A stretch of DNA of 64,000 nt from a virus: the UHGV virus genome UHGV-1428848. One strand, 5' to 3'. Made by a program: the position numbers and the translations under genes. Shown here in pieces: positions 9,542 through 19,262 of the stretch (position 1 is its first letter; every line of letters begins with the position of its first letter). The notes below the pieces were generated by a model, which saw nothing but the letters and a program-made list of their open reading frames with translations, searched no databases and was not told the DNA's origin.

Positions 9542-11361
9542 TACTGGCTCATCCATTCTTTACGAAGGTCAGCATTATCTCCCATGAGCATTTCAAAAAG
9601 CTCTTTCCAGTTCTCAGGAAGTTTAACAACATCATATACTGGGTTTTGAATCATCTCACGATATTCAGATTTTTCCAAAGAGCCAAGTCCTTTAATATAA
9701 CGGATGCTATGTTTAGGTAGAGCATCTTTGGCACTCTCATATTCAGCGACTGTATAAAACCATTCTTGTTTTTTACCGACCTGAGCGATGATTACAGGAG
9801 TTTTGACAAAGCGAATTCGTCCTTGCTCAAACAATTCTGGCCAATTACTAAAAAACCCGAGCAGAGAAGGATAAATGCTTCCTAGACCATCATGGTCAGC
9901 ATCAGTCATAATAGCAATATTATGATAATTCAAGTTTTCAGCTTTTTCACCGAGAACTAATCCAGTGATTGCGCAAATATCAAACAGTTCTTTGTTTTTA
10001 AGCATATCAGCATATGACATACCCCAACTGTTGAGAACTTTACCACGCAATGGATAACCACCATGAAGTTCTTTATCACGAACATCAATAAGATATCCGA
10101 TAGCAGAATCACCCTCAGTCAAGAACAATGTAGTATCAGCATCTTTACCACAAAGATTCGCTTTGATATGTTTATGAACTTTAGCTTTAGAAGCCTTTTT
10201 AGCTGCTTTAGTTTCAGCTGCTTTTTCTGCCGCCAATTTACGAGCCAAAGCAGCTTCAATAATTGGCATCAGAATTGCTTCATTATTTAAAATAGCACGT
10301 GAAATCTTTTTAGCGTCAAGTTGAATATGACTACGAATTTCGCCAAATGGAGAAGTCAAACGCTCTTTAGTTTGAGAATCAAATCGCATGTTTTTCATAT
10401 CACGAACAAACATAACGATAGTCAAACATTCTTTGACACGTGCTTTAGTTACATCAATTTTGAACTTACGTTTGATTTGTGGAATAAGGTCTTCACAAAT
10501 ATCATCCATAACACAGTCAATGTGATGGCCACCATTCTTAGTGTGAATGTTATTCACGTAAGTTAATTGACGAAATCCATCCGGCGAACGACCAACCGCA
10601 ATAGAACAATTTTCTTGTTCTTGAACAATAGCATGTTCATCATACTGTCGTGCATATTTCTTAAAATTGCCCTGAACCTTTTTACCATTAAAGGTAAATT
10701 GAATATCAGGATAAACAACAGCAAGTGTCTGGAGACGATCTAGTGTAATATCAAGATAAACTTGGGACAGCTCATTAGTTTCAAATGACATAAAATCAGG
10801 AATGAAAGTAACACGAGTTCCTTTCCATTTTCCAGGAATAGTTTCCCAGGATTTATTTTCCATGCCGTTTGAACAACGAACTACAATATTATTTTGACCA
10901 TCGCCAGTTTCACCGACAAACATCACAGAAAAAATGTTTGTCAAACTAGAACCAACACCATTCATACCACCGGTGACACGTTCTTTATCATCACCAAAGT
11001 TACCACCTGCTTTTGGAATAGTCCACGCAGCAACAGGACCAGGAATTTCTTCACCGGTAGGTGTTTTAACCATCGCTTGTGGAATACCGCGACCATTATC
11101 TTCAACTGTTACTTGATTGTTTTTAATAGTAACATTAATTTTATTTGCGAATTTAAACTTAGTACGAATACCTTCATCTACTGAGTTATCGATAATTTCA
11201 TCAATAAGCTTAACAAGACCAGGTACATACTGAACACTTTCCCATTTACCAAACAGAAAGCGCTCATGCATTTCATTAGCAGAAGAGCCAATATACATGC
11301 CGCTACGCTTTTTGATATGTTCAATATCGCTCAGAATTTTAATTTCATTCTTAATCATCAC
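9541..11361 (-). CDS. 39: DNA topoisomerase II large subunit (GyrB-like ATPase), uninterrupted
   Basis: 606 aa single ORF with GHKL ATPase N-terminus and Toprim region; no gene 60 split or bypass element. Confidence 0.9.
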   Translation of the reverse strand: MMIKNEIKILSDIEHIKKRSGMYIGSSANEMHERFLFGKWESVQYVPGLVKLIDEIIDNSVDEGIRTKFKFANKINVTIKNNQVTVEDNGRGIPQAMVKTPTGEEIPGPVAAWTIPKAGGNFGDDKERVTGGMNGVGSSLTNIFSVMFVGETGDGQNNIVVRCSNGMENKSWETIPGKWKGTRVTFIPDFMSFETNELSQVYLDITLDRLQTLAVVYPDIQFTFNGKKVQGNFKKYARQYDEHAIVQEQENCSIAVGRSPDGFRQLTYVNNIHTKNGGHHIDCVMDDICEDLIPQIKRKFKIDVTKARVKECLTIVMFVRDMKNMRFDSQTKERLTSPFGEIRSHIQLDAKKISRAILNNEAILMPIIEAALARKLAAEKAAETKAAKKASKAKVHKHIKANLCGKDADTTLFLTEGDSAIGYLIDVRDKELHGGYPLRGKVLNSWGMSYADMLKNKELFDICAITGLVLGEKAENLNYHNIAIMTDADHDGLGSIYPSLLGFFSNWPELFEQGRIRFVKTPVIIAQVGKKQEWFYTVAEYESAKDALPKHSIRYIKGLGSLEKSEYREMIQNPVYDVVKLPENWKELFEMLMGDNADLRKEWMSQ

Positions 11362-11374
11362 TTATCCTCGTTTG

Positions 11375-11426
11375 GTTTCGGGAATATTATACTCCGGTAA
11401 TCATAAAGCTAAAGGCCCGAAGGCCT
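11375..11426 (-). promoter_or_regulatory. hairpin plus candidate MotA-dependent middle promoter for gene 39
   Basis: AGGCC-TTCG-GGCCT hairpin followed on minus strand by TTTAGCTTTA (MotA-box-like) - 12 nt - TATAAT. Confidence 0.35.
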
Positions 11427-11427
11427 T

Positions 11428-11700
11428 TTATTTAAAACGGATAGTCGAATCTTTGAAGAATAGACCAGAACATACTGTTCCTTCTACTTTCTGCCCGGTA
11501 GGTCCAACAGCACGAAATCCAGTATGTTGGAAATCATTTTCAGAACAACCGAACCAATTATATCCAGTGATTTCAATATTAGTAAAACCGCTTGATGACA
11601 AAATTTTGGTTGCATTATCAGTATCAGTACATCCTGCTAAAGACACTGCTAATACTAATGCTGCGATAGAACGATTAATATATTTCATAATTTCACTCAA
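11428..11700 (-). CDS. putative lipoprotein (90 aa)
   Basis: Signal peptide with lipobox: ...ALVLAVSLAGC. Confidence 0.5.
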   Translation of the reverse strand: MSEIMKYINRSIAALVLAVSLAGCTDTDNATKILSSSGFTNIEITGYNWFGCSENDFQHTGFRAVGPTGQKVEGTVCSGLFFKDSTIRFK

Positions 11701-12070
11701 ATTTAATGGCTTGAAGGAGACTAATAACTCTCAAACGACTTCTTTCATCTTTAACTGTAAAAGAAAGAGGGTCACCAGATTTCATAGTAATAGTACATTC
11801 AAAATCAAAATCTTCGGAAACTTCTTTGAAGAAGTCAAATTCTTCATCATAAATTAGAACATTACTCTGACAACTATGAAGAATTTTTCCATCATTTCCA
11901 GATGCTGTACTAATCATTGTAACATTATGACCTTTCATATCTTCAACGATAAATTCACTAGTCAATATTACAGCATTAATAGAACCATTCCTATAAATAG
12001 CAGACATTAGATATTTCTTTTCTTCGCCTTCGCGAATACGATATTTCTTACCGATTTTAAACATAATCAC
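11693..12070 (-). CDS. hypothetical protein (125 aa)
   Basis: ORF track. Confidence 0.5.
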   Translation of the reverse strand: MIMFKIGKKYRIREGEEKKYLMSAIYRNGSINAVILTSEFIVEDMKGHNVTMISTASGNDGKILHSCQSNVLIYDEEFDFFKEVSEDFDFECTITMKSGDPLSFTVKDERSRLRVISLLQAIKFE

Positions 12071-12098
12071 CCTTTAAGTAAGTCGTAAAATCCGCCAT

Positions 12099-12242
12099 TC
12101 ACATGCTTAGGAGCAGAAGCCCGACGAGTAGACAGACGATGACATTTAGGGCAAACATCATTTTCTCGTTCAGAAATCTTTTTAATTTTTTCATATTCAT
12201 GCCCGCAATCTTCGGATTGGCATTTATAATCATACATTGGCA
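12099..12242 (-). CDS. small protein (47 aa) with Cys pair and C-terminal TM helix
   Basis: Hand-translated MPMYDYKCQSEDCGHEYEKLKRFLNEKMMFALNVIVCLLVGLLLLSM. Confidence 0.3.
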   Translation of the reverse strand, partial: CQCMIINANPKIAGMNMKKLKRFLNEKMMFALNVIVCLLVGLLLLSM

Positions 12243-12245
12243 TAA

Positions 12246-12671
12246 TTATTCCTTAAAATGAGCTTTCAGCATCTGATACAAGGACCATGCCTGTTCATTA
12301 TTTTCAATAGTAACTTTCATGACAGGAAATTCTGTGAAATCTTCTATTTGTTCTTGCTCTTGCTCTTCCTGCTCTTGCTCTTCAGCTGCCTGATATGGAT
12401 TTTCCACTTCATCAAAGAACTCAGCTTCGTTAGTAGAGAGCCAGATAAAGTTTTCGTCAAGGATATCACCATGTGTTGCATATCCAATTGTGCCAGTAAA
12501 TGACATAATTTTAGTAGGACGACCAAGATGGTCAACATCTAAAATTTTAAAAGGATGCATACCTAAACGTCGTGCATAAATTCCGTTATCAGTATGGTCT
12601 TTAATAAAAGCTTCTTGAGCTTGTTTATTTTTAAATTGATACCATTTATTAACTTCAAATTTAATAGCCAT
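12246..12671 (-). CDS. acidic protein (141 aa), GoF (comC-alpha) position and size
   Basis: 141 aa; [12 protein letters not shown] acidic tract; location between 39 and dexA. Confidence 0.45.
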   Translation of the reverse strand: MAIKFEVNKWYQFKNKQAQEAFIKDHTDNGIYARRLGMHPFKILDVDHLGRPTKIMSFTGTIGYATHGDILDENFIWLSTNEAEFFDEVENPYQAAEEQEQEEQEQEQIEDFTEFPVMKVTIENNEQAWSLYQMLKAHFKE

Positions 12672-12886
12672 TAATAAATTTCCTTCCAGTAAGTTGTGCC
12701 ATCTTCAGTAATTTCACGAAATACACCGTAAATTGGTTGTTTATCACCAACCTTTTCATACACATAAACCGAAGTCAAGTGAGTAAACTTAACGGTATGT
12801 TCCTTTTGAACTACTACCAAATCTGGATCGAATAATACATCTTCAAATTCGTCATTAGTGCAGTTCTGAACAATTTTACGTTTCAT
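12671..12886 (-). CDS. hypothetical protein (71 aa), Cef position and size
   Basis: 71 aa; ATGA overlap with downstream gene. Confidence 0.4.
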   Translation of the reverse strand: MKRKIVQNCTNDEFEDVLFDPDLVVVQKEHTVKFTHLTSVYVYEKVGDKQPIYGVFREITEDGTTYWKEIY

Positions 12887-13058
12887 TACAATTTCCTCAT
12901 TAATTGAACATTGGAGCGATGCGTTTCAGAAGAGTAGCAGCACCTTTGGCAAATTTTCCATTTTATTCTCCAAATTATTTTCTATATCAGTAGTTGATAT
13001 TGATATAGTACCATAATCAACTACTGATGTATATAGTTTTATGAAAAAATTTTAAACT

Positions 13059-13550
13059 TTATGCATAGCGAGCTTTGCTATAGTGTTTAATCCAACTTTC
13101 AGGAATGACTTTGTATGTTCCTAAAAATACCGCGTTGTATAACTTAACGCCATCTTCTACCCATTGATCAGTAATGTATGCACACATAGCGCGAGTACGC
13201 CGAGGAAGTGGTTGTCCACCTTCGGTAAATTCAAACTCATAAGGAGCAATGAACTTGATAGCTTGACCAAGTTTCCACTTAAAGTCTACACCTACATGCG
13301 AAGTATCAATCGTTTCAATTCCTTTAGCAGGAACAGCTTTCAAAAACGCAGGCTCAAGAAATTTCGCACGAACATAGCCAAACTGGGGTTTAGACTTTCC
13401 ATCTTTAGGAATGATACGCACTTTTACTTCAGAATCTTCATCTTTAACACCGTGTTTAAGCTGAATGCTTACAACTTCAACCAATTTTCCTGCTGCTTTA
13501 GAACGGGATTTATCAGATACACGAGCAATTTCACCGATATTAATAATCAT
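13059..13550 (-). CDS. hypothetical protein (163 aa), paralog of 13627..14169; MotB position and size
   Basis: Shares C-terminal motif TDQWVEDGVKLYNAVF with the upstream 180-aa ORF. Confidence 0.5.
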   Translation of the reverse strand: MIINIGEIARVSDKSRSKAAGKLVEVVSIQLKHGVKDEDSEVKVRIIPKDGKSKPQFGYVRAKFLEPAFLKAVPAKGIETIDTSHVGVDFKWKLGQAIKFIAPYEFEFTEGGQPLPRRTRAMCAYITDQWVEDGVKLYNAVFLGTYKVIPESWIKHYSKARYA

Positions 13551-13594
13551 AGTTATCTCTCACTTGTTAAAAAGATTTTATACTCCACGGGACC

Positions 13595-13624
13595 ATTATA
13601 CTCTGGTCCCAAGAGTTTGTAAAC
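13595..13624 (-). promoter_or_regulatory. T4-type early promoter
   Basis: Minus strand GTTTACAAACTCTTGGGACCAGAGTATAAT. Confidence 0.55.
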
Positions 13625-13626
13625 TA

Positions 13627-14169
13627 TTAATTCAAAATAGCTACCACTGCACTACGAGGTACTACGCTAAAATCACCTGCATGAACAACGTTCAGAAGTT
13701 CAACACCATCTTCAATCCACTGGTCTGTTACCCAACCACAGACCGAAATAAATGGGGTCTTGATAGCTACTGCACGAGTCAAAAGGTCAGTAGGATCAAC
13801 TTCTTGGAAGAGGATAATCTCTGCTTCAAAGACTATAGTTTTAATTACTTCATCATTATCTAAGCGATGTGCTCGAATCACGTAAGCTTTATTCTTATCA
13901 TGCCAATTACTTTTTGAAAAACTTTTAACCACAAACTCACCTTCACCAAAAACACTGGTCAATGCTTTATAACCCAAATTTAGTTCAGTAGTTTTAATTT
14001 CAGTTTCAACCAGTTTGTAGGTTTTGCCAGTTTCGATGGTCCGAGCAGTCATAAATGTTTCCTTAATTTCTAATGGTTTAACAAGAGTGCCGTACATGCT
14101 TGCTATATCCATATCAAACGGTTTATCTACAGGATTCGGTGTGTATTCAGGATTATAATTAAATTTCAT
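13627..14169 (-). CDS. hypothetical protein (180 aa), paralog of 13059..13550
   Basis: C-terminal motif TDQWIEDGVELLNVVH. Confidence 0.5.
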   Translation of the reverse strand: MKFNYNPEYTPNPVDKPFDMDIASMYGTLVKPLEIKETFMTARTIETGKTYKLVETEIKTTELNLGYKALTSVFGEGEFVVKSFSKSNWHDKNKAYVIRAHRLDNDEVIKTIVFEAEIILFQEVDPTDLLTRAVAIKTPFISVCGWVTDQWIEDGVELLNVVHAGDFSVVPRSAVVAILN

Positions 14170-14171
14170 AA

Positions 14172-14723
14172 TTATCTCATTTCAATAAAATCTACAAGTT
14201 CAGCATGGGATTTACGGAACATTACTTGATGCCCACCAATGATAACTTGGTCATCTGGCACTTCATAAATCGCAATGTACATTCCACGATCTTTTAAGTC
14301 TTCACGCTCTTCTCGGGTGAACCATCTCATCATATCATATTCAGTAGCGAAAGCAAAATGATATAATGCAATAAACCACAATGGAATATAATTTTCAATT
14401 CGTGAATAATCTTTATTCCATTTAGTTTTAATAGCATCATTAGCATTTTCAACTAATAACTTATCATCGTGCGGAATAGGAATACTTTCATGACTTTCAT
14501 AATTATCGCTATGATGATGAAATGACGATGAATTAATACCGCAAAATTTTAGCCAAGTTCGAGTTTTCATAGAATCAAATCCACGATAAGGAGTTGATTG
14601 AACGCATAACTCTTGCCTAATTTTCATTATACCACTATCATCATTTAATGCGCTAAACGATGATTCAACACGATAAATTTTCATTTTATTATCCTCAGTA
14701 GCTATGGTGTTATAATACCACAA
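14172..14723 (-). CDS. hypothetical protein (183 aa)
   Basis: ORF track; preceded by early promoter. Confidence 0.5.
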   Translation of the reverse strand: MWYYNTIATEDNKMKIYRVESSFSALNDDSGIMKIRQELCVQSTPYRGFDSMKTRTWLKFCGINSSSFHHHSDNYESHESIPIPHDDKLLVENANDAIKTKWNKDYSRIENYIPLWFIALYHFAFATEYDMMRWFTREEREDLKDRGMYIAIYEVPDDQVIIGGHQVMFRKSHAELVDFIEMR

Positions 14724-14741
14724 CTAACCGAGGAAGTAAAC
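14708..14741 (-). promoter_or_regulatory. T4-type early promoter
   Basis: Minus strand GTTTAC...TGGTATTATAAC. Confidence 0.5.
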
Positions 14742-14747
14742 AACTTT

Positions 14748-15431
14748 TTATCGTTTTGTTGGAAGAGACAGAGGATCGCACTCTTCCTCTGACGGAGCAT
14801 CTTCAAGACCCATAGCGTATCGCAAAGCATACTTCATCATCAGGATGTCTTTCGCACAGTCATGAATGGAATCATGCGCAACGAATCCATCTAAAGTTCC
14901 TTTTGGAAGAGGACACGTAGTCATATCACGAACAAGGAGAAGTGCTTCAATTCTAGTACGAATGTCGCGTTGATTCCAGAATTTACACGGTTCTAACTTA
15001 AATGTATCAAGCTCATTCTCGGAAACGCCGTTAAGACGTTGAATATCGCGAATGAGATCGACTAAAATTGGAAAATCAAATGACATTCCACGACACCAGC
15101 CTTGAGATTTCCAAGGATCGATATTATGTGCATTAATGTAATCATTAAATTTTGCAATACCATCGATAGTGATTACATCTTCATCGGATGGTGCAATATT
15201 TTTTCTAGCTTCAGGAGATTGATTCTTCCACCATTCGATAGTGCTTTTAGTAAAAAGACGATGTCCTTTTTGGCTTTTTAAATCAAATTTGATTTTAATG
15301 CCACGTGAAACTAATTCATCAAATGTTTCAACTACTTCTGGGTTAGGGTCAAAAGCAATTACAGCCAAATCAATAACCGCTGCTTTTTCACCGCTTCCCA
15401 TTGTTTCAAAATCTATAATAAAATCAAACAT
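14748..15431 (-). CDS. dexA: DexA, 3'-5' exonuclease A (DEDD family)
   Basis: 227 aa as in T4; N-terminal FDFETMG exonuclease motif. Confidence 0.8.
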   Translation of the reverse strand: MFDFIIDFETMGSGEKAAVIDLAVIAFDPNPEVVETFDELVSRGIKIKFDLKSQKGHRLFTKSTIEWWKNQSPEARKNIAPSDEDVITIDGIAKFNDYINAHNIDPWKSQGWCRGMSFDFPILVDLIRDIQRLNGVSENELDTFKLEPCKFWNQRDIRTRIEALLLVRDMTTCPLPKGTLDGFVAHDSIHDCAKDILMMKYALRYAMGLEDAPSEEECDPLSLPTKR

Positions 15432-15673
15432 TAAATTTTCCTCGCTAAATCACGAATTTGACCTACAGTATAGTCTTGAATATAAACTTTATTGATAGGC
15501 TCATCAATAAATTTTGCCATAGATTCAATATCTTTTTGTATTTCTTCAAGACTGTATACTATCTTTAAAGCTTTTTCGCGAATAGTAATATTTTCAGGAC
15601 CCGGATTTTCTTCAATGACAGCTTTAACATTTGTCATAAGAGATTTAAATTGGTACCAACTTAATTCAATCAT
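15431..15673 (-). CDS. hypothetical protein (80 aa)
   Basis: ORF track; ATGA coupling. Confidence 0.45.
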   Translation of the reverse strand: MIELSWYQFKSLMTNVKAVIEENPGPENITIREKALKIVYSLEEIQKDIESMAKFIDEPINKVYIQDYTVGQIRDLARKI

Positions 15674-15926
15674 TAATAATCGCCTTATAAAGATAGCTAA
15701 TTTCGCCTAAAACGTAATCACTGATTGTGACAGTTTTCACTTCACCACAAAAGAATTCTAACGCAATTAAATCTCGTTCAATTTCTTCTAATTGAAGCAT
15801 CAACTTACTAGATTCAATTTTTACAGTTTCACGATTTTTACCATGAGCAATTTCATAAATTTCGCTAACTTTATCCTGAAGAAGATAAAACTGATCTTTA
15901 GTTATTTCCACGAATAGCTTCCTCAA
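15666..15926 (-). CDS. hypothetical protein (86 aa)
   Basis: ORF track. Confidence 0.45.
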   Translation of the reverse strand: MRKLFVEITKDQFYLLQDKVSEIYEIAHGKNRETVKIESSKLMLQLEEIERDLIALEFFCGEVKTVTISDYVLGEISYLYKAIIND

Positions 15927-16158
15927 ATTTAATTAGTAATTTACAGACACTTTCATCTAGTGTAATTACCGTATCTGTATTACTGTGATATGATTGTTTT
16001 TCAATTCGTTTAATTGCTAATATAGTATCACTTATAAGATAAAGCTTGTGAAGGAGCTCAGCTCCTGTTACCATAACATCGAGATTATCTTGCTTATTAG
16101 TATGCTTCCTTATACCATCTATTAGACGATTTAAATATTTTGAATTGATGTTAATCAT
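15898..16158 (-). CDS. hypothetical protein (86 aa)
   Basis: ORF track. Confidence 0.45.
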   Translation of the reverse strand: MININSKYLNRLIDGIRKHTNKQDNLDVMVTGAELLHKLYLISDTILAIKRIEKQSYHSNTDTVITLDESVCKLLIKFEEAIRGNN

Positions 16159-16164
16159 ATAGCC

Positions 16165-17487
16165 TCACACATAAAACACATCATAACGACCACGGGTAAC
16201 ACCAACATAAAGAAGTTGTTGGGCCAATTCAGCATCTGCATAATGAATACAAGGCGTATAAATGAAAGCACGGTCTACAGACATACCCTGAGCTTTATGG
16301 AATGTTGATGCAGGAAGTGCTTTCACTTTACTAAACTGTGATTTAGCATCCCAAAAATCACTCCACGGAGCTTTTCCGCCTTTGTTCCAATTTTTATAAG
16401 TTTCTGCTGTTTTACCTAAAAACAGGTTAAACTTATATAGCTCTTCATCAGATGAAATTATTTTAATCTTTTCACGATAATATTCATCATCGCCGTAAGT
16501 TTCTACTGTTAAATCCCAATGACGAATTAAGTATTCTCCAGGAACACCACGGGCTTTAACAAACGTTGATGTATACTCTGCTTCTATAATACGAACTAAT
16601 TGTCCGTTATTAAAAATAATTTCTGACACAGGCTTTCTATCAATTTTATATGTTTTAATTAATGGTTCCTGCATTACAATAATTTCACCGACAATAAAAT
16701 CTTTATCAGTTTCAAAAATCTTTTTACGAATAATGCTATTTAACTTATCAACAGATTTATTCGTAAATGCCATCACACGATTTTCAAACAAATCATCTAA
16801 TGATTTAACAATTGAAAAATAATTTACCATAAAATCGCGTAAAGCGGTATCACCAGTAAATCCACGTACTCCATGCCCGTCAACAACTTTATCATAAATC
16901 CACTTACCGTTACGAACGTCAGTAGCTACATCAATAATAGGAGCATTACTGCGTTTAACTTCAGTGAGTTCACACTGATAAAAATCTTTATGTGTAAAGA
17001 ATGGACTGATATAAGCAGTATTTTCTCCTGGGGGGTCAACAGGTCTAATTTGCTTATTATCCCCTATTCCAATTATAGTACACCACGGCGGGATAGTTGA
17101 AAGCAGAATTTTAAATAGCTTTCTATCATACATTGACACTTCATCGCAGATTAATACCCTGCATTTAGCTAAATCTGGTACTTCTTTTTGTTCAAAAAGA
17201 ACGTTTTCTTCATATGTTACCGGGTTAATTTTAAGAATACTGTGAATAGTACTCGCTTCTTTCCCCGACAGTTTTGAAAGAATCTTTTTAGCTGCATGAG
17301 TAGGAGCTGCTAAAATAATACCAGTTTCACCCGTAGATATTAAAGCTTCAATGATGAACTTAGTAAGAGTAGTCTTACCAGTACCAGCAGGTCCATTAAT
17401 AGTTACATGATGTTTCTTTTCTTTAATAGCCCTCATAACGATGTTAAAGGCATTTTTCTGGCCTTCTGTCAAATCATCAAATGTCAT
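16165..17487 (-). CDS. dda: Dda, SF1B DNA helicase
   Basis: 440 aa (T4 Dda 439); Walker A GPAGTGKT; RecD-like motifs. Confidence 0.9.
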   Translation of the reverse strand: MTFDDLTEGQKNAFNIVMRAIKEKKHHVTINGPAGTGKTTLTKFIIEALISTGETGIILAAPTHAAKKILSKLSGKEASTIHSILKINPVTYEENVLFEQKEVPDLAKCRVLICDEVSMYDRKLFKILLSTIPPWCTIIGIGDNKQIRPVDPPGENTAYISPFFTHKDFYQCELTEVKRSNAPIIDVATDVRNGKWIYDKVVDGHGVRGFTGDTALRDFMVNYFSIVKSLDDLFENRVMAFTNKSVDKLNSIIRKKIFETDKDFIVGEIIVMQEPLIKTYKIDRKPVSEIIFNNGQLVRIIEAEYTSTFVKARGVPGEYLIRHWDLTVETYGDDEYYREKIKIISSDEELYKFNLFLGKTAETYKNWNKGGKAPWSDFWDAKSQFSKVKALPASTFHKAQGMSVDRAFIYTPCIHYADAELAQQLLYVGVTRGRYDVFYV

Positions 17488-17795
17488 CGGAAAGTCCCTG
17501 CAATTGGAATACTAACAATACGCCCAGTATCTAGAATTCGTTGATATAATCTTTGTGTATCTACATCAGGCTTAACATGTTTAACTTCTATTTTATTAAA
17601 CCAAAACTTGCGTGGAGTCTCAACTAGTCTTGGAATTCCCATACCTAAAGCTAGTTTATATTGGTCTTTGAGAGTAGTAAAAACTCTATCAGCAATCTCT
17701 CTTTCAAAAAACACAGCAGGACGATGTTCATCAAGTGGAACTGGCGCCGTAAATCCGTCTTTGTCTCGGTAAACTATCGCATATACATAAACCAT
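17484..17795 (-). CDS. hypothetical protein (103 aa), dda.1 position
   Basis: ORF track; ATGA coupling to dda. Confidence 0.5.
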   Translation of the reverse strand: MVYVYAIVYRDKDGFTAPVPLDEHRPAVFFEREIADRVFTTLKDQYKLALGMGIPRLVETPRKFWFNKIEVKHVKPDVDTQRLYQRILDTGRIVSIPIAGTFR

Positions 17796-17796
17796 A

Positions 17797-18543
17797 TTAT
17801 CCTCGGATAAGTTTAAAAATTGAACAATTTAGCGGGTATCCTCTTTTCAGTTTAAGTTTATCAATAAAAGACAAGTTTTGATACCGCTCTACACCTTGAA
17901 TAATTTTATCACACATGTCATATTGCATTTCTGCTTCTGACAACTTTTTCACAGTTTTCCAATCCGAGCCTTTAAGAAGAACGTTCAATTTAACAACTTC
18001 AGCGCCTTCTGCTATGCGAGAACCATCAATACGAGCTTTAAGTGCTATAATCGTTAGCTTAACGTCAGAAGTTTGTTTTGATTTAGAAAGCTGAGAAATG
18101 TGTTCAATTCGATTTTCACGTTTTTTCTGTATAGCTTTAATTTGATTATAAGTCTTTTTGATTTTAGCCCATTTCTTTTCATCTAAATTTAGTTTATGAA
18201 CTTTTTTCGCAGATGAACGACCAATTCGCAAAGCAAATAAATCACGCTTTTCAATCAACTCTTCTAAAGTATAATCAGAACGAAATGTATTATACTTTTT
18301 CTTTACTGCAATAACATTCCCTTTAATGTATCCAACGTTATTATCAAAACGTTCTAATGATAATTTCTCTCCTTCAATACGATTATCAAAAGGTTCTCCT
18401 GAGTAAGCGCAAACTTTCTGATCTAAAATGTTCTTAATGTAATTGAAGTCTAAGTTAAAATCTTTAGAACGTCTTTTAGCAGATGCCTGAGTGTGCTCTA
18501 GACGACGTGTAATTTTACGAATTTGATTTTTAGACAGTTTCAT
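17797..18543 (-). CDS. basic protein (248 aa), Srd position
   Basis: Position between dda and modA; similar size to T4 Srd; assignment by synteny only. Confidence 0.4.
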   Translation of the reverse strand: MKLSKNQIRKITRRLEHTQASAKRRSKDFNLDFNYIKNILDQKVCAYSGEPFDNRIEGEKLSLERFDNNVGYIKGNVIAVKKKYNTFRSDYTLEELIEKRDLFALRIGRSSAKKVHKLNLDEKKWAKIKKTYNQIKAIQKKRENRIEHISQLSKSKQTSDVKLTIIALKARIDGSRIAEGAEVVKLNVLLKGSDWKTVKKLSEAEMQYDMCDKIIQGVERYQNLSFIDKLKLKRGYPLNCSIFKLIRG

Positions 18544-18570
18544 ATTTTTCTCACGGACGGGTTAACTACT

Positions 18571-18603
18571 TATACTATAACATTTTTACCTTGGCTTGTA
18601 AAC
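18571..18603 (-). promoter_or_regulatory. T4-type early promoter
   Basis: Minus strand GTTTACAAGCCAAGGTAAAAATGTTATAGTATA. Confidence 0.5.
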
Positions 18604-18659
18604 AATTTTATGAAAAATGCTTTAAAAATTTCATGGTATAATGAATCTAAGTCCTTCCA

Positions 18660-19262
18660 TTATAGATTAAATCCTTCAAAATCAAGAGTATAGATAGTGT
18701 ATGTTGAATACTTTTTGTACTCATATCTATCTGCAATTCTAAATACACTTCCAGCTGGTATCATTACTTCTTGTTCATCTGAAACTAATTCCATATTACG
18801 ATAACGATGGCTATCCGGAAACTTAAAGTTTGGATTGTATTCTTTACAGCGTAGAGCTTTTATAGCATACTCCTGGAAATTGAATACCATAGGAGCTTTG
18901 AATTCAAAAATAACCTGTGTGTTATACTCTAAACCGGAAGCAAAATGTAGAGCTATATTTTTATCATATGAAGCTGATACGACTTTATCAAATGTAATAA
19001 TATCAATTCCTTGATTTAACACCTGCTTAGTCTCGACTGGAACACCTCTCCAAAGAGGTTTATCGTTTGGAACCAAACGAGATTTGATTATTTCATTTAA
19101 CCACGTATGGTCATCTGGTTTATTAGTAATACAATGAATTAAAAGTTCAATTTCAGATAAATTAAACCCTTCAGAAAGCAATTCTTCACGAATAGAAGCA
19201 CGCACCGATGCATCCATTGATTTTATTTTAAAATCTTTTAGTTGCATTACTGAGTATTTCAT
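18660..19262 (-). CDS. modA: ModA, mono-ADP-ribosyltransferase
   Basis: 200 aa as in T4 ModA; paralog of the adjacent 207-aa ORF; R...S-T...E arrangement. Confidence 0.6.
   Translation of the reverse strand: MKYSVMQLKDFKIKSMDASVRASIREELLSEGFNLSEIELLIHCITNKPDDHTWLNEIIKSRLVPNDKPLWRGVPVETKQVLNQGIDIITFDKVVSASYDKNIALHFASGLEYNTQVIFEFKAPMVFNFQEYAIKALRCKEYNPNFKFPDSHRYRNMELVSDEQEVMIPAGSVFRIADRYEYKKYSTYTIYTLDFEGFNL

Noticed and set aside
9486-11361. Search for a gene 60 split, mobA insertion or the translational bypass (hop) element in the topoisomerase gene
   Set aside because: Gene 39 is a continuous 606-aa frame; no take-off/landing codon arrangement is evident
11297-11857. 186-aa plus-strand ORF (and similar plus-strand ORFs such as 13164..13622, 13465..13863, 987..1322, 439..681)
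   Set aside because: They run antisense across minus-strand genes, promoters and terminators, have no SD or promoter of their own, and translate to low-complexity sequence; treated as shadow ORFs
12344-12400. CT/GA-rich tandem repeat (cttgctcttgctcttcctgctcttgctcttc) as a possible repeat array
   Set aside because: It lies inside the goF-position gene and simply encodes the acidic [12 protein letters not shown] tract
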